Both the position numbers and the translations under genes were made by a program. Under the pieces are notes generated by a model, which saw nothing but the letters and a program-made list of their open reading frames with translations, did no database searches and had not been told where the DNA came from. DNA of 64,000 nt from the human T2T-CHM13v2.0 reference genome, Homo sapiens. The stretch lies in assembly GCF_009914755.1 (NCBI RefSeq), contig NC_060934.1; one strand, written 5' to 3'. Shown here piece by piece: positions 28,013 through 42,939 of the stretch (positions within the stretch are counted from its first letter, which is position 1; each line of letters starts with the position of its first letter).

Positions 28013-28068
28013 ATATTCTTATAGGGGTGCATTTGAATAGTACAAGGAATGAATCCTAAATTATCTCA

Positions 28069-28204
28069 CATGTTGAGGATCCCAAATCTGGAAATCTGAA
28101 ATCTGAAATGCTCCAATGAGCATTTCCTTTAAGTGTCATGTCGGTGATACGAAGTTTCAGATTTCAGAGCGTTTCAGATTTTTGGATTTGGAATGCTCAA
28201 CTTG
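28069..28204. mobile_element. Tigger4a/MER46-type MITE
   Basis: catgttgaggatccc...aatgctccaatgagcatttcc...atgctcaacttg|ta with inverted termini. Confidence 0.75.
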
Positions 28205-28344
28205 TATAACGCCTAAATTTTCAGAAATTAACATTTAATGGATAGCTAAGAAGCTGCTGAAGTCAGCCTCTCCTAAGAACTAGGGCAGATTTAAAATTAG
28301 TTTTTGAAGAAAATCTTCCATGTCATCTAGCATGGCTTTGTTCT

Positions 28345-28500
28345 AAGAGTTGGGTTTGAGTTTTGGCTCTAACATTTACTAGTTTTGTCACCTTAGACAA
28401 GTGATTTAGCCCCTGTGAGTCTTAACCATAAAACGGTGACATCTGATATCTACCACACTGGGTTGTGGTCAACATTAAATGAAACTATTGGCATAAACAT
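28345..28500 (+). mobile_element. MIR
   Basis: gggtttgagttttggctct...accttagacaagtgatttagcccctgtgagtct core. Confidence 0.65.
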
Positions 28501-29169
28501 CTGGCGCAATCTAGGTACAGGTACGTCTGTTATCTCCCCTCAAGAAGATTTCTTTCTGGATGAAAATACAAGTGACCCCCCTCAATCTTCAAAATAGAAT
28601 GCCAGCTTGGCCATTTGATAACTTGGTTTCTAAAGCAACTGGATGGTAAATCGGGAATGTATCCACTGGTCACCTCATCTAAGAGACAACAAAGATCTAG
28701 AAGTATAATATCAAAAAGTAAACTCTATTATACAAATATAACCAATTTAAGAGATCTAAGGAATAAAAATGATCCTCTGCTCAGGTTCAAAAGGCTGTTA
28801 GGAAAATAATTACATCCTAATGATTACCTTGCAATATACTTAAGGTTTCTTCTTTTCTCTCTCTTTTACAATGATTGATGTTGGAAATAAATTTAAATTT
28901 TATACTACCATTCCAGTAAAATAAAAATTTCAGTAAAATATGCAAAGGCCGAGGTTGTCAGGTGAACAACAGAGTAGAACACTCTTGCCCTTTTTAATTC
29001 CTTTGTTAAATAGAAACAGTTCTTATTCTGAATCACCAGGTCAGGCCTCAACTTCATATAGTATCACTCTACTTCTGCAGATGACTTACATCTTACTAAG
29101 GAAGTATGAGAGCCTTAGGTACAGATAGGTTTTGTTTTTTTTTTATAAATAAGGTTTTTTTTAAAAAAA

Positions 29170-29470
29170 TTACTTTTTTATCTTGAAATAATTTCAACCT
29201 TACAGAAAGGCTCCAAAACTAGTAAAGAATTCCCATTTATCCTAAACCCAGATTTTCCAATTATTAACATTTTGCCACATTTGTTTCACTCTGCATATTA
29301 TTTTTCTGAACTATTTGAAAATAAGTTATACATATGATGTCATTAACTTCTAAATATTTAAGCATGTATTACCTAACAAGGACATTCTCTCACATAACCA
29401 CAGTATAACTGCCAGAGTTAGAAAGCTAACATTGGGATAATACTATTATCTAATCTACAGACCTTATTCC
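29170..29470 (-). mobile_element. L1MC/ME 3' end fragment
   Basis: ttgaaataatttcaaccttacagaaa...ttaacattttgccacatttg. Confidence 0.65.
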
Positions 29471-30959
29471 AGCTGAAATATAATTTGAAATATGAATCAA
29501 CAGCCTTTTATTTTTGCATAATCTTTGACCAAGGGATTACTTACATCAGTAGTAAACTACTGCCTGTTGGCTACTTATGCTTTAAGAACACACAAGCATA
29601 TTCGTATGTGAGCAATGGGTGTATGTGTATGTTTATAAAGTTTTTTCTAAAAAGTTAACAGTGATCTCTCTGGGTAGTGGAATTATGGTTGACTTTTGTA
29701 GTCTTCTTTATAGGTTTCTAATTTTTTTTAAATGGGGGAAAATTGCCCATACCAATTTCTAAACATATATAACTTATCTTACACAGGTTGATTTTGTTAA
29801 AATATGCAAGTTTCTGCAAACAAATGAGTGTATCATCACAAAAATTAAAAATCTGCTTCATGATACTTCCTTTTGCTTAATGGCCTCCTACTTAAACTTC
29901 TGACAACACTCTCAGTATTGATCAACTTACAAAAGATAATTCACAATCATTCATTTAGGAAAAAAGTCACCTGTCCATACTCTAAGAATTACTAGATAAC
30001 CTTTAAAAAATATAATGAATTATCCAGAAGTAGTCTTATTTACAGTAGTTAATAAAACATCCTTATCTCTTCCAGCATAGGGCATATTGTTTATACACAA
30101 ACAATTTTCAAATATAACCACCTATTTCTCTAGTACAATCCAATATCAATGTAAACCAACATGCTTACAAATGGGAAACACGGCTGTTCCCAAATCGACT
30201 TTAAACTCTACTCATGTTCAATATTTAAGTTGAGAAATACACAATAACTAATGAAAATACTACAAAGACGGGTTTAATAAGACATACGAATTAAGTGTTG
30301 CTGTTTCTACCCCTTTCCACTTACCTGTTTGAAGGCAAAAACAAAAATTTTAACTAGTCTTACTTTTAGCTTATTCATTTTAAAGTACCTTCAATTAGTA
30401 TATTATAGAACTTCACATTTACAGCAAAATGCAAATGGGTGAAACTAGAGATGTCAAATAGTGAAGTATCATGAACTACTTCCTAAATGCTTTAAAACTT
30501 TCTGTTATTAATTACAACTATCTGGAAGCACTAACATCCATGCTATGATATTAATATTCTTTATTCCTAAAAAGTTCTTTATTTCTTATCTTAAATATTC
30601 CTGATGAAATATAAATGCTTGTCCATATTTTATCCTCAGTTGACATGGGCAGCAGCTACTGATCTCCATCCTCCTTATAACAGCTCTTAATAAGCTTGCT
30701 GATATTCTCAAGTCATTATTTGAGAACACAATCTTAAACAACAACAACAATACCACTATCTCATGATTGAGGAGGATACTCTCCCTGCCCTCCTCACATT
30801 GTTACAGGAAGGATTTAAAAGGGTCTTATAAACTTGTACAAGAAAAAATAAACAAATAAAATAAAAGGGAGTGAGTGTAGGGGATTTATAAGGACACACA
30901 AAATATATGCACTAAAACCATAGGAACAAAAGAGGTCAATCAGGTTAAGTTAAATAATA

Positions 30960-31370
30960 ATAGATATTATGTGCCAGGTATTATGCTAAGGGTTTTACAT
31001 ACATTTAACCCTTATATCCTGTAAGGCAGTTACTATTACCTCTACTGTAGAGATTATGAAATACCTTGCTCATAGTCATAGAGCGAGAGTGGAAAAAGCT
31101 AGATCTGAACCCAGGCCTATAGGACACCATTTGTGGAAATGATATAGTACTAGTTAAGAACATCAGCTGTGGAGTCACACTGCCTGGGTTTGCAGACTGT
31201 TTTTACTGCCAGCTAGCTGGGTGATTTGGATAAATTACTTCTGTCTTTACATCTCAATTTCCTCATATATAAAACAGAGATAATAATAGTGCCTATTATT
31301 ATGGTATTGTTAAATGAGGATTAAATGGTTAATGCATGTAAAATCTTAAAACTATGACTGGCACAGAAAA
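30960..31370. mobile_element. Two MIRs in opposite orientation (~30960-31120 minus, ~31140-31370 plus)
   Basis: MIR core motifs (tgtgccagg...gaacccagg; ctcaatttcctcatatataaaacagagataataatag). Confidence 0.65.
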
Positions 31371-34300
31371 ATTGCAGAAACTTGTAATTGCTGACTACCA
31401 CTGGACTGAATATATGTGGACAGGGAGTTGAATGCTACTGCCAGATCTCCCAAAACATCTCTCTAATACTTTCCTAAAGTGTGTGTTTATGTCCTAGTTC
31501 TGCATCCGTGTATGGCTCAGAAAATCAGCTATTTGGCTAAGTGGATTTTTATAGGAAGGTGCTACTGTGCCTTGAAAAGGATGTTTTAACTAGTGAGAAT
31601 ATATGGACTGTGTGAATCAGTTTTAGTTGAATCTCAGTAAACTGCAGGATTCTGAGAAACAGAACCTAAAAATAATGTTTAAGTTTTATGACTGTTGCCT
31701 CCTTTAACTTGCTCTTAAAAAAATTTAGATTCTTACTACAATACTGTGAAACTACTTTGCTTTTCTTTACCCTATATGAAAAAAAGAGAGCTTAAAAACA
31801 TAGCATAAACCTCAAAGCATTCAACTTATTAGTTAAGATACTAAAAGTTGAAATAACAGCAGTAAAAATTAAAAAAAAAACAAAACATAGTAGATCAAAG
31901 CACCACATGAAAAACATTCCATCTCTAGCCTGGCCTTTGATAGTCACTATACCTCAAACAGCTTGCACAGAATGAGATCCTCTTTCTCCTTTTCCTTCTC
32001 CCTCCTCATAGCTCATCTTTCTGGCTTCCTTGCTCACTCCAAAAACCCTCCATTCCCAGTGGTATTCAAGCCACACAGACTCTATTTTCCATTTCCATTG
32101 CCACCTTTCTAGTTCAGACTTTCATTACCCCTCACCTCTACTTTTTCAGGTCTTTACCCTATCAAATCATCCTTGATTTTATCCATTGCTGCCAGGTTCA
32201 ATAAACATTATTGACTAACTACTATGTGCTAAATACTGTGCTGGACATTTTAATATATTTAATCTCAATTAACCCTCATACAACCATAAGAAGCATCAGT
32301 CCCATTTTATAGAATAAAGTACTTGTGGATGAAACGGGTTTGGGGACTCTTGACTAAGGTCATGCTGGAAAAAGTGGCCTAGCTGAGACTCAAATCCAGC
32401 TCTCAATCTGCCTGAAGAAAGATTCTGATGTCACTTTCATTCTAAAAGCCTCCAGAGGTCCAACAGTCTTGGAGAGTAACAGGCAAACTTCTTAGTGTGG
32501 TATTTAAAGTCCTCTATAAGGTGGTCCGACCTTTTTATTCTTGTTTTGCATAACTTCCTATGCTATCATATTCTTTAGCCAACTTGAACAACTCACTCTA
32601 TCTCAAAGATACTCAAATAGTCTCACTCTTAACTGGGGATTTTGTTATGTCCTCATCTTGAACTGGCCTCTCTGCCATCTCAAAATCCTATACATACTAT
32701 GAGGTTTGGTTCAAATGTCACCGCCTTAATATATTCTTTTCTTGTTTTCCCAAAAGAATGTTACTTCTCCCTCATTGGAACCTCACAGTACTACTGATAC
32801 TCACAGTACTGTTGCTCTGATCTCCCTACTACGAATTTTCCTTGAAGGGAAAGATGATACAATGCCTTACACCTCATACTCAGTTTCCTGTTCTCATACT
32901 CATAGTGCCTTCCACTGATTTGATCTGGAGAGTTTATGTTTGTATATTTTAACATAACTTCCTATTCTTTCCCCAGCATCTTAGAATCATAGTAAACATA
33001 CTTAGAAAACCTAAGACAGAGAACTACATCCCTCATTTTTAATCAAGATGAACTTTAAGAGAAGAAATGTTCCATAGGATTTACTATTAAAGCTCAAAGG
33101 CATTTAAAGAAGCCAAACTATAGAATGTTATATATGGTTAAAATTTCATTGAGTCCCTACTGTATTCACAAGTATTATCAAATTGAACTAAACCTGAGTT
33201 TTCATAAAAACTGACATTTTCAAAAAGGCTTTATTTGCTTTAATCTTTCTCTTCCTTTTGATAAGATTAAGACTGTAAATGGCAAATGGTTAAATAGGAG
33301 CACCAAAATGCTATCTGCAAGGCATCTGGCCTTAAAAAAACACACCAAAATGCCAACTCTGAGGCATCTGGCCTAACGTATTTGTAAGTTTGTCTGTCTC
33401 AAATATTCTTACTTGAAATCACAGTTCTTTAGGAAGCTCTTTTATACTCTTTGTATGTACATTCAACAATACATGACAGAGGTGGGCTTGTAGGTGCATT
33501 CAATTTCATTCAGCAAGACTTCTAAAACTCTCCAAAACTGAAAGGGAAGTAAGGCAAGTAAAATTTTAGATTATACCTAGTCATTTTATTTAGGTTACAT
33601 TAAACTATACACATAGAGTAAGAAATGTTTTTGATGTGTTTAGTAATGCCAGAAATAAAATACTATAATGCACCACATCTGTAAACTAAAATCCTCACTC
33701 TAAAAATCAGGCTTTTCACAAAATTGATAGAGTAGTATATCTCCCATTTTGTGGACTTCCTTACCCTAAACATTTTTATTTGGTTAAAACATACATCAGG
33801 AATAGCCTTGAAGATGGAAAGGAAACAGAAGTGTGACTAAAAGTCACGCTAAAACTTTGAAGGTCTGGAAGAAGAAGGGTTGAGGTTGTATGAAGGCTCA
33901 TGGTCAGACAGCCAGCCTTAGTCATACCGAAAACATTTACTGAATACCCACTGAATGCCACGTGCTATGAGCAAAACAATCATGGTACCTGCTGATACGG
34001 AAGATATTGCTGGAGACAATACTGATCACATTATCATAGAAACATAAATGCGAAATCCCAACTGTGATAAGCATTACCAAGGAGTTTCATGATAGTTAGG
34101 AAAGGTTTCCAGAGGAAATGATGATTACTGTTTTATTAATAGGCTCTAAGAAAACAGAAAACTAAGTATTTAATATGGAAGCCCTTTAAAACAGAGGATG
34201 GCTACTTGGTGACAGAAGAACTGAGTACCAAACAGGAGACAGTGAGGACACTCAGATATGAGTAACAGTTCTAAGAAGTTACTATCAACCTTTGGCTGGA

Positions 34301-35646
34301 AGGAAGGGCAGGGGGAGGAAGAGGTGGTATTAGTAGAGGCCAGAGGCTACAGTATCAAGCAGAAGCTGGAAATATGGTGGGCCTGTCCTGTCAGAAGCAT
34401 GGTGCCACGAAGGAGAAAGAATGGCTGTCAGACACATTGTCCAATGCAGAGGGGGGAAGAGGAAGAAAACCCTGGCTTTCCCAGTTCACTCCTATTTCCC
34501 ATCAGTGCTTTACATTGGTCAAACCTAGCTGAAATACAGCCTGCAAAGGTCAGCCCTCTCATGGCATACAGCAGGGAAGGGCCCAAGAATGTATCCGAGG
34601 GCAAACAAGCTAAGGTCTAACACAAGCAGAGATCGGATGAATGGGTTAACCAAGGTTTGTATGGGGAGAAATGAGTTGGGGGTAGAGTGCACATGTACCA
34701 TGGCTGTGTAGAGGACAGAGAGTATGGCAAGTGTGGAGGAGTGAAAGCATGGCTAAACTGGAGAATGGCAGGGGAGAAAGGAGGGCTGAGAAATAAATAG
34801 GGACCAGGCCTGCGAGGGCTGGAATTTGTCATCCTACAATACGCAATCAGAAACCACTGAGGCAGGCAACTGATAAAATCAGATTTTTATCTCAAAAGTT
34901 CATTGATCCTCCCCTTTCCTCCCAGGACATTCACTAAACTGCAACAAGCCAGAAACTCTACTAGGTGCAGGATACATAGCGTAAAAAAAATACAGCATGT
35001 TTGTGTCTCTGTGAAGTCTACCAGCAAGTGTCTAGCATGCTGGATTATCGAAGACCTTTTAAGTATTCTTTTAGCGTGAATCATCTGATTATCATCAGGA
35101 ACATGAGATTTATCTTCATTGCTCTACAGGTTTAGTTCCAGTAAGGTTGCTGATTATCCTTATTGTTTACTTTTTGTATTTATATGCTTCCATTAGTCAT
35201 TCACCCACCTTTGTCTTTTCAGCTGAAGAACACTAATTTTTTTCCCATCCATTTATCTTTATATGGCTATCTCATTTCCGTGTTAATTTTAATTATTTGT
35301 CCTCGCCCTATCCAGTTCTGTTTTAAATTCCTTGTATTATAGCAACCATAAATGCACAAATAATTTATTCCCAGAGAATTTCATAGTTTTAAAATAAGGG
35401 TATAAAAAGATTTCATTTTGTGACATCTTTCATGAAAAGTCAGATTTCTTGTTTTGGAAGCACAGTGACATACTGACTACTACTTTAAGAATCCTAGATC
35501 TCATATTTTAAAGTGTAGTTTGGATTTATTTCTTACATACTTGTCCTGAGAGTTCTTCCTTCATATTCTACTTCTTAACCTGGCACTTCTGAGCTGAGTG
35601 CCATGTGTAAATCTGAAGATTATACTGTACATTCCTTCTTCTAGAT

Positions 35647-35945
35647 CTGTGCTGTCCAATATGGTACCCACTAGTCACATGCTTCTGAGCCCTTGGAATG
35701 TAGCTGAAATTCAACCTATGCTGTAATTGTAAAATATATACCAGATTTCAAAGACTTTGTATAAGAAAAGAATGTAAAATATCTCATTGATTTTTATGTT
35801 GATTACATGTCAAAATGACCAGGTTTGGGATATATGGGTCAAATAAAACATTACTAAAGTTAATTTCTCCTGCTTGTTTTTTACAGTGTCCACTAGAAAA
35901 TCTAAAATTAAGTAAGTGCCACATATTATATTTCTATTAGTGCTG
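35647..35945 (-). mobile_element. MER33 (hAT-Charlie)
   Basis: ctgtgctgtccaatatgg...gaatgtaaaatatctcatt...ttatatttctattagtgctg. Confidence 0.8.
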
Positions 35946-37786
35946 TTTTAAATCATTTATGAAAAATGATCAAAGTCTCGGGCTCAATCATTCAGGACAC
36001 TATACCTGATCATCCTTACCCTGTTTCCCACATCTCTAAGCCAGATCTAATTGTGACAAAATATTCTCCTAGGAATTAGATGTTGGGAAACTTTGGTATG
36101 GATCTTCATCAAAAGCTTTCTGAAAGTTGAAAATGCATTTACTGTTTTCATTTCTTCTATATGCTCATTTAGCATCTTTGTATCAGGAATGATTTCCCTA
36201 AATACTGTTTTTTTCTCCCAACTGATTACTTTTCCTTTACCTAAGTCTTTCCTGAATTCAACTGCCCTAATCATTACTCTGGAAGTAAACAAAGACTCAC
36301 TGGGCTCTATAATAAGCCAGACTGTCTCTGAATCAGGCTTAATCTTAGGCAAGTAAACATGGCTGATCGTATTTTGAAGGCCCTTGTATTCAAATCCCAT
36401 CTCCCCATACTTTCAGATCTCTCCTTAACTCTGTTCTAAAATGATCCCATTATCATCACTACTAATTATTTGAATACCATTCACAGTCCAGTTTTTGTTA
36501 GAGGTAGTGGGATTTAATCAAACAAGTAGAGATCTTATAGTCAGAAGACTTTGGCTCTTTGTATATGGGAAGAGTATTTCATAGATTCTAAAGTGCTACA
36601 TATGTTAGACATTTTGTTTGCATATCTTGTTTCTTACCCTGGCAGTAGTTCTTAGAATATAGGTATCATCTCCTCAAATATCTCTTTAATTGTATGGGCA
36701 TGTTTAAAAATTGATAGGAGGCTGGTATCAATGATTTACCTTTTAGAATCGGATTACACTTTGATGAGAAAACAATAGCTTTCTTTTCTAAAAAGAAGAA
36801 AAAATACCACTCAATTCAAACAGAAAGAAAAAGTCCAAAATCTAGGAGGTGAATTCTTCAGGCTTCACAATTTTAAATATGGCTGACCCTATCTAAAGCC
36901 CTTCTTATAACGGTTGCCAGTTAATACCATGTAACACTCAGAAAGAATATACTGTTCTGATTAAGAACTCCAATATATCACTTACAGCTTCTCCCCAACT
37001 GTTAGCTGAATGCTTTTCAGGGATGCATCACTTCTTGCTTTTTAGGTAGATCTGAAGTAGCATGTCATCTCCTAATGCCTTTAACCACAGTTCCCTCTGG
37101 TACCTGCATACTGGGCTACAAAAGGTATGAAGTACTTCTACTCTTTTACTTATACTGAACAAATGATTGTTCTCTCTTCTGCCCATGTACTTTAAACAAG
37201 GGCAAAAGCTTCTTTTATAATTTCCTCTCCATTTCAAAAGAGGAAAAAATTCATATTCATCTTTCCTTTCTGATAGTGACATATTTATATACCAATATTG
37301 TTTGGATTTTCAACCTCGTGTCTCTAATTGCAAAGGGAAATACTTGGTCTCTTATGAAAGGCAATTGCTGTCAAGTACCTGAATGCAGAGCGTGGTAGGT
37401 TGAAGGAAGATGGAGAGTAGGGTTAGCATCAGAAAATGTACATAAACGCTTGTTTCTAAAAATCAGAACTCCTTACATCCTTTTATTCAGAATGAAAGAA
37501 TAGGTGGGTGTTTGTACTAGCCCCTACTGCCTTTTCCTCTACCCTAGAATTCCCAGATTCAGAGGTTCCAGAGCCCATTTTCATGGTACCTTCTCTTCCC
37601 CAGTGGCCTCAAACATTCCAAATTGGAAGGATAGAGTTGGAATAGAACAACCTATTTGAAGAATCAAGTGAGTCAGTGTGGATAAATGATGAAGAGAAGA
37701 TACAGAAGGCACAGGCAGACTAGCTAAAATAGGAAGAGAGAGGGAAAGAGAACAAAACTTTTATTAATAATCTATTTGGTGTCTGA

Positions 37787-38088
37787 GGCCAGGCGCGGTG
37801 GCTCATGCCCACAATTCAAGCACTTTGTGGGGCCGAGGTGGGTGGATCACCTGAGACCAGGAGTTCGAGACCAGCCTGGCCAACATGGTGAAACCCTGTC
37901 TCTACTAAAGATACAACAATTAGCTGGGTGCAGTGGTGCACGCCTGTAGTCCCAGCTACTCAGGAGGCTGAGGCAGGAGAACTGATCCAGGAGGTGGAGG
38001 TTGCAGTGAGCTGAGACTGCGCCACTGCACTCCAGTCTGGGCGACAGAGCTAGACTCTCTCAAAAAAAAAAAAAAACAAAAAAAAAAC
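37787..38088 (+). mobile_element. AluS with ~20-bp TSD AATAATCTATTT(G/T)GTGTCTG
   Basis: Full dimer; TSD on both sides. Confidence 0.93.
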
Positions 38089-38865
38089 AATAATCTATTT
38101 TGTGTCTGGAACTAGGGGTAAAGCAACTGGGTGGTCAGTGGCAAGAAAACTCCAATTCTGGGAGGGTAAAACTTAGGATCTCTCTCTTTCAAACAATGTG
38201 TGCTACTGTGACATTTATGTGTTCTGTGGCGCTAACCAGGCACATAATGATTCACATGTGCTTTAATATATGTCAGATTAATTTATTGTGAATTTTATTT
38301 GTAAGCACTATACATTCCACAGATATTTATAGATATTTTTATAGTTTATTACTAAAATATCATGGCCTGAAACTTTTTAAAATCTGAAAACTCCTTAAAT
38401 TTCTTTCTTGGTGAAAGTTAAGCAAAGTATGATCACCAAACCGGAATACTGCAATGGACCCGAAATAAATCACAAATTGCACTGTCTCTTTCTGGTGTGG
38501 TAAAGTAATTTTTAGTATTTACTCTGTCATCTCTTGTAAGATGATCCCCTAATTTTTGTTTAAGCCTAATATCTAATTTACTTATACCTCAGCTATCTTG
38601 GCTTATAGGATTCTCATGAGGAATCTTCATTATTTTCAAAGAACAAACACAACCACAAGGTACCTCATTTATCCTATGAGCTCTTTTATTGTATGAATGA
38701 GCTACGCAGGGCACTGGTCTGAGTGAGTTTGCTCCAAACTTTTCTTGGATTTCTAATAAGGTATTTCTAAAATAGGCTTTATGTAGGGTATTTGCTAAAT
38801 TATTCTTTGCAATTTCTCCCTTATGTCCCAATTTATAAAAAATTCCCTTAAAAATAAAAAGTCAT

Positions 38866-39180
38866 GGCCAGGTGTGACAGCTAGTCCCTTTAATCCCAGC
38901 ACTTTGGGAGGCTAAGGTGGGAGGACTGCTTGAGGACAGGAGTTCAAGACCAGCCTGGCTAAGATAGAAAGACCCTGTCTCTACCAAAAAAATAAAAATT
39001 AAAAATAAATAGATGAGTGTAGTGGTGCACACCTGTAGTCCCAGCTACTCGGGAGGTGGAAGCTGAGGTGGGAGGGTTAACTTGATCCCAGGAGTTGGAG
39101 GCTGCAGTAAGCCATGATTGTGCCACTGCACTCTAGCCTGGGTGACAGAGCGAGACCCTGTCTCTAAAAAAATAAAAAAT
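38866..39180 (+). mobile_element. AluJ
   Basis: Full dimer with J features; TSD-like aaaa(g)gtcat. Confidence 0.9.
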
Positions 39181-39289
39181 GAAAAGGTCATCAAATAGAT
39201 TTGTTTTCTTGTGGACTGGCTACATAAAAGCCATTCATAACTCCGTTTCTCCCTTGCCTTCTACTTCTACAAAGGCAGAAAAATTAAAA

Positions 39290-39550
39290 TGGCTTCTCAT
39301 ACTGTACTTTCTTGCTGCTGAGGAGGCCATAGGACTCACTTCTGGCCAATGAGATATAACTGGAAATCCCTGGGAGGAACTTCCAGGAAAGTTTTAAAAA
39401 GGACATGGCTGACATGTGCTTTTGGCCAGCTTTAGACCACACCCTTTTTCTTGAAAGGTAAAATCCTAAGGATGCATTAGACATCTTGCAACCATCAGGG
39501 CAAAAACTCCATGCTAACGAAGATGAAGGAGGAAGCTATGTTCCTAGATT
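39290..39550 (+). mobile_element. Old ERVL/MaLR LTR fragment (LTR16/MLT1-like)
   Basis: ttctggccaatgagatataa...catcttgcaacc motifs. Confidence 0.45.
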
Positions 39551-40604
39551 ACAGTATTATACTCCTTTAAAAACTCAAGGCACATTAAAAGTATGACAGG
39601 AATTAAGTTTCTTTTATTCTGTATATTCATTATAATTAGTGACTAACTTGACTGAACAAATTTCAACATTAAATACTGTTTAAATCTAGAGATTGTATTT
39701 ATACAAAGATAGCATCCTAAACTCATCAAATAATTTAGCATAATTGTTTTAATGATGTTCTATTTTCTACCCATATTTGTAATGTATTACAAATTATTGA
39801 ATCCTACTCCCTGATGTTTTGTCTTAAGGAACTAATAATTCTCCTCCCTAGGAATATTAAATTCAGACATTCGTAATTTAATGCCTGTAGACACTGTTGC
39901 TGACATTTTCAACATCAGATATAATTAATAACCTAGAATTCTTTCCTCAACACTACTTATGACATATACTAAGATCTAAAATAATGACAAGATTAAAGTC
40001 TTACCAATTTTTGCTATAAAATATTAGAACTGTCTAATCTCATATCTTTGCAAATATAATAAAGGATACTGAAAATGCCAATAGCAATGGCAAGTTATGA
40101 CCAATTCAAAGTAAACGCAAAAATTTAGCTGGACAAAACAATAATGCTTCTTCATGTAGTTATGTATTTCAAAACAAATTCTAATGCTAGTTATTTCAAT
40201 CTTCTGAGGAATTGCTTCAAATTGTTTGAGATATAACATAAAGAAGGTTGGGGCAAGAACAGCCACCAAAGAAAGGGGAAACTTTCCATGAAACCTCTAT
40301 TTTGACCATGTCATTACCATGCTCAAAATGTTCAACAGCTCCCCACTGCTTTCATAAACGCAAACACTGTGGGCCAACCATCCTCCCTTTCCAGTTTTTC
40401 TTGTCCCTCCTTCTCCACTCTGATCAAAATTACCCTCTTTCTTCCAAAATAATTTCATACTGCCCAATTTTTATATAAAGATGTTCACAACAGTTAATAC
40501 ATAAATAAATCAGGAACAATTTAAAAGTCAAAGGAATATCCATAAAAATACTACATAGTTGTCCATTAAAGACTTAGCAGGATTTTGACTGTTATCCTGT
40601 AGTA

Positions 40605-40680
40605 CTGGGTACATGCTTCTACTAAAATAATTATTCACTATCTGAAATTCAGATTTAACTGGGTGTCCTCTGGTAAGCCT
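40605..40680. mobile_element. MER53 fragment
   Basis: tatctgaaattcagatttaactgggtgtcct. Confidence 0.55.
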
Positions 40681-40899
40681 GCTCCAGTGTCATCTCTTTA
40701 GAGTCCTATTATCACCAGATCTAAAGAGCCTCCTTTATCATAACTTATAATTCCTCTGTCATATGCCTATTTTCTTCATAGCACCTGTGAATCTTTGGGA
40801 ATAGCTTTGTTCACTTTTTTTGTTTACCATTTATTACTGTGTTCTATCTTTACCCTATAAAATGTAGATCACCTCCTCCCTCTTCTAATCCCCATACCA

Positions 40900-41030
40900 C
40901 AAATCTACCCCATGTTAGTATCACAAGAATAGGGGCCTTTTTTGTCTTGAACAGTTTCTCTTGCATCTAAAACAGTGCCCAGCACAAAGTAAGTGCTCAT
41001 AAAATATCTGTCCAATGAATGAATAATGAA
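40900..41030 (+). mobile_element. L2 3' end
   Basis: cagtgcccagcacaaagtaagtgctcataaaatatctgtccaatgaatgaat. Confidence 0.7.
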
Positions 41031-41347
41031 TACTCTGAATTCACATGTATTTGAAGGTGTTTAGTTAAAATTAGTTCCTTCTAATTTCATAACTGAAGCA
41101 ATCTTAAAGTTCTGAAAGGAAAGCTAGTCGGACTAGGTTTCTTGTGCAGGTAATATGAATACTATTTATAGTTTCTTGTGATTTACTTTATCACTGTAGT
41201 TGTATTGTAACGAGACAAATAAATAAGAACTGTTCATAGCTATTTGCACATGACCAAAAATAACTCTAGGAATACAGAAATAGTAATAAATGCATGCTTA
41301 TAAAATAGAACTTTATATAGATATAAATCACTGTAAATCCATTTTAC

Positions 41348-41450
41348 CGTCTTAATAGAACTCCTCTGTTTTTCTTCCCAAACACTACTGCTTAACTCAA
41401 GTGTGCAATGAACATTTGCCTCTCTGTCATAGGATCCAAAAATGAGTAAC
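41348..41450 (-). CDS. PDZD8: PDZD8 exon 3 (103 nt), N-terminal C2 half
   Basis: (R)LLIFGSYDREANVHCTLELSSSVWEEKQRSSIKT. Acceptor TTTTATTCTGCAG|G, donor ACG|GTAAAA; phase 2 to 0 fits both neighbouring exons. Confidence 0.94.
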
Positions 41451-41866
41451 CTGCAGAATAAAACAAAACAAGGGAGAGTATCATACCTGTTATATTCATT
41501 AAAATTTTTCTTTCTGATTATTATAACAAGAAACAACACATTACTCCATTACTATTATAGCTTTAGTAACAGAAAAAAAAATTAAGTCAAATATTTTATA
41601 CACCCTCTAGTGGAAACATGAAGTAAAGCTAAAATTTGGTGAGATTCCAGGATATGCTATTTTTCAGCAGCTAAGTCAAACAAATACAAAGTATTATCTA
41701 CTCATTAGGTAAAGAAATTGACCAAATATGTACATGTAGCAGCAAGAGCTATACATCTTCAAAACAGACTGTTGAATTTAAAAACAAACAAGATGCAGAA
41801 TAATGCTAGTATACCATCAACTCTGTAAAACACATACACACACTGAAGTGCAATATAATTGCTCAT

Positions 41867-41868
<2 letters not shown>

Positions 41869-41903
<35 letters not shown>
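41869..41903. repeat. (CA)n microsatellite
   Basis: Direct reading. Confidence 0.95.
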
Positions 41904-41904
<1 letters not shown>

Positions 41905-41906
<2 letters not shown>

Positions 41907-42095
41907 CATCTACTAATGTGACCTCAGGCAAATTATTTAACTTCTCTACGCTAAGCCCAACTCCTCCTCTAGAAACTCTGGGCAAAAATAGTACTTACCT
42001 CTGAGAACTATTGTGAGTAAAAGGCAATGCACACAAGGCATTTAGCATAGTGCCTAGCAAACACTAAGTGCTCAATAAATGTTATTTCTATTATT
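41905..42095 (+). mobile_element. MIR
   Basis: tgtgacctcaggcaaattatttaacttctct...tagtgcctagc...gtgctcaataaatgtta. Confidence 0.75.
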
Positions 42096-42939
42096 GTCTT
42101 GAAAACAATTGTCAAGGAATACTGGCATCATGTAATTTTACTGTTTAATATTTAGATCTAAAAAAGACATATGAGGTCCAGTCACGAGATTATATAATAT
42201 AGTTTTTATTGCTGAAGAAAAAAGGTTACTCATGGGTCCAACTTCTATATTATCTATCCTCAAAATCAGAATGTAAATCTGCCAACTTGTTTCAGGAGTA
42301 AGCTTGAGAACAGCTTTAACACTAACGAACATGTTGACTGTTACTCTATTACTTTACCTCTCTATGAAGATCATGAGGTAGTAGTGAATAATGAAAAGGT
42401 GGATAAAACACATTAGAGAAATTTAAAAAAAACTGTGTCCGCAGGTTAAAGACCTCAAGCAAATCATGTCCATACTCCACAAACTAGACTCACAAACAGA
42501 AGTCTGAATAAACTCATGGTGAAAAATCAAACCCAAACAAACAAAAACAAACCCCTAAAATTCTAAGCTCTAAACAATTCTTAAATAATCTTAAAAGGAA
42601 CTTTAAACTTAGTGCTTAACAACCTATTATCAAAAAGAAGGCAGTCCAAATACATACAGGATTCTTAAACATAAAACACTAAGTTTAGGGAAAAAATGAG
42701 AATTTACATTCATTAAAGCTCTGCTGCCACCACCTGTTCAAAGAGTAAACTACCTAAGGGCCTTTACTATCAGGCAGACAAAACTGCACCAGCTAGTGTC
42801 CCCAAATTCCTGACAGGTATAAATCTTCAGAATTCAGGAATGAAAAAGCAAAATTGTCAGAAATTCTCCCCTGTAATCGTAAGTTATTCCATATTTTTCA
42901 CAGCACTTTAAAAATGTTTTTAGAAAGAGTAATAAAAAA

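Noticed and set aside
41240-41347. Hydrophobic read-through tail after exon 3 as an intronic-polyA isoform
   Set aside because: AT-rich introns give hydrophobic translations by default, and there is no nearby minus-strand AATAAA.
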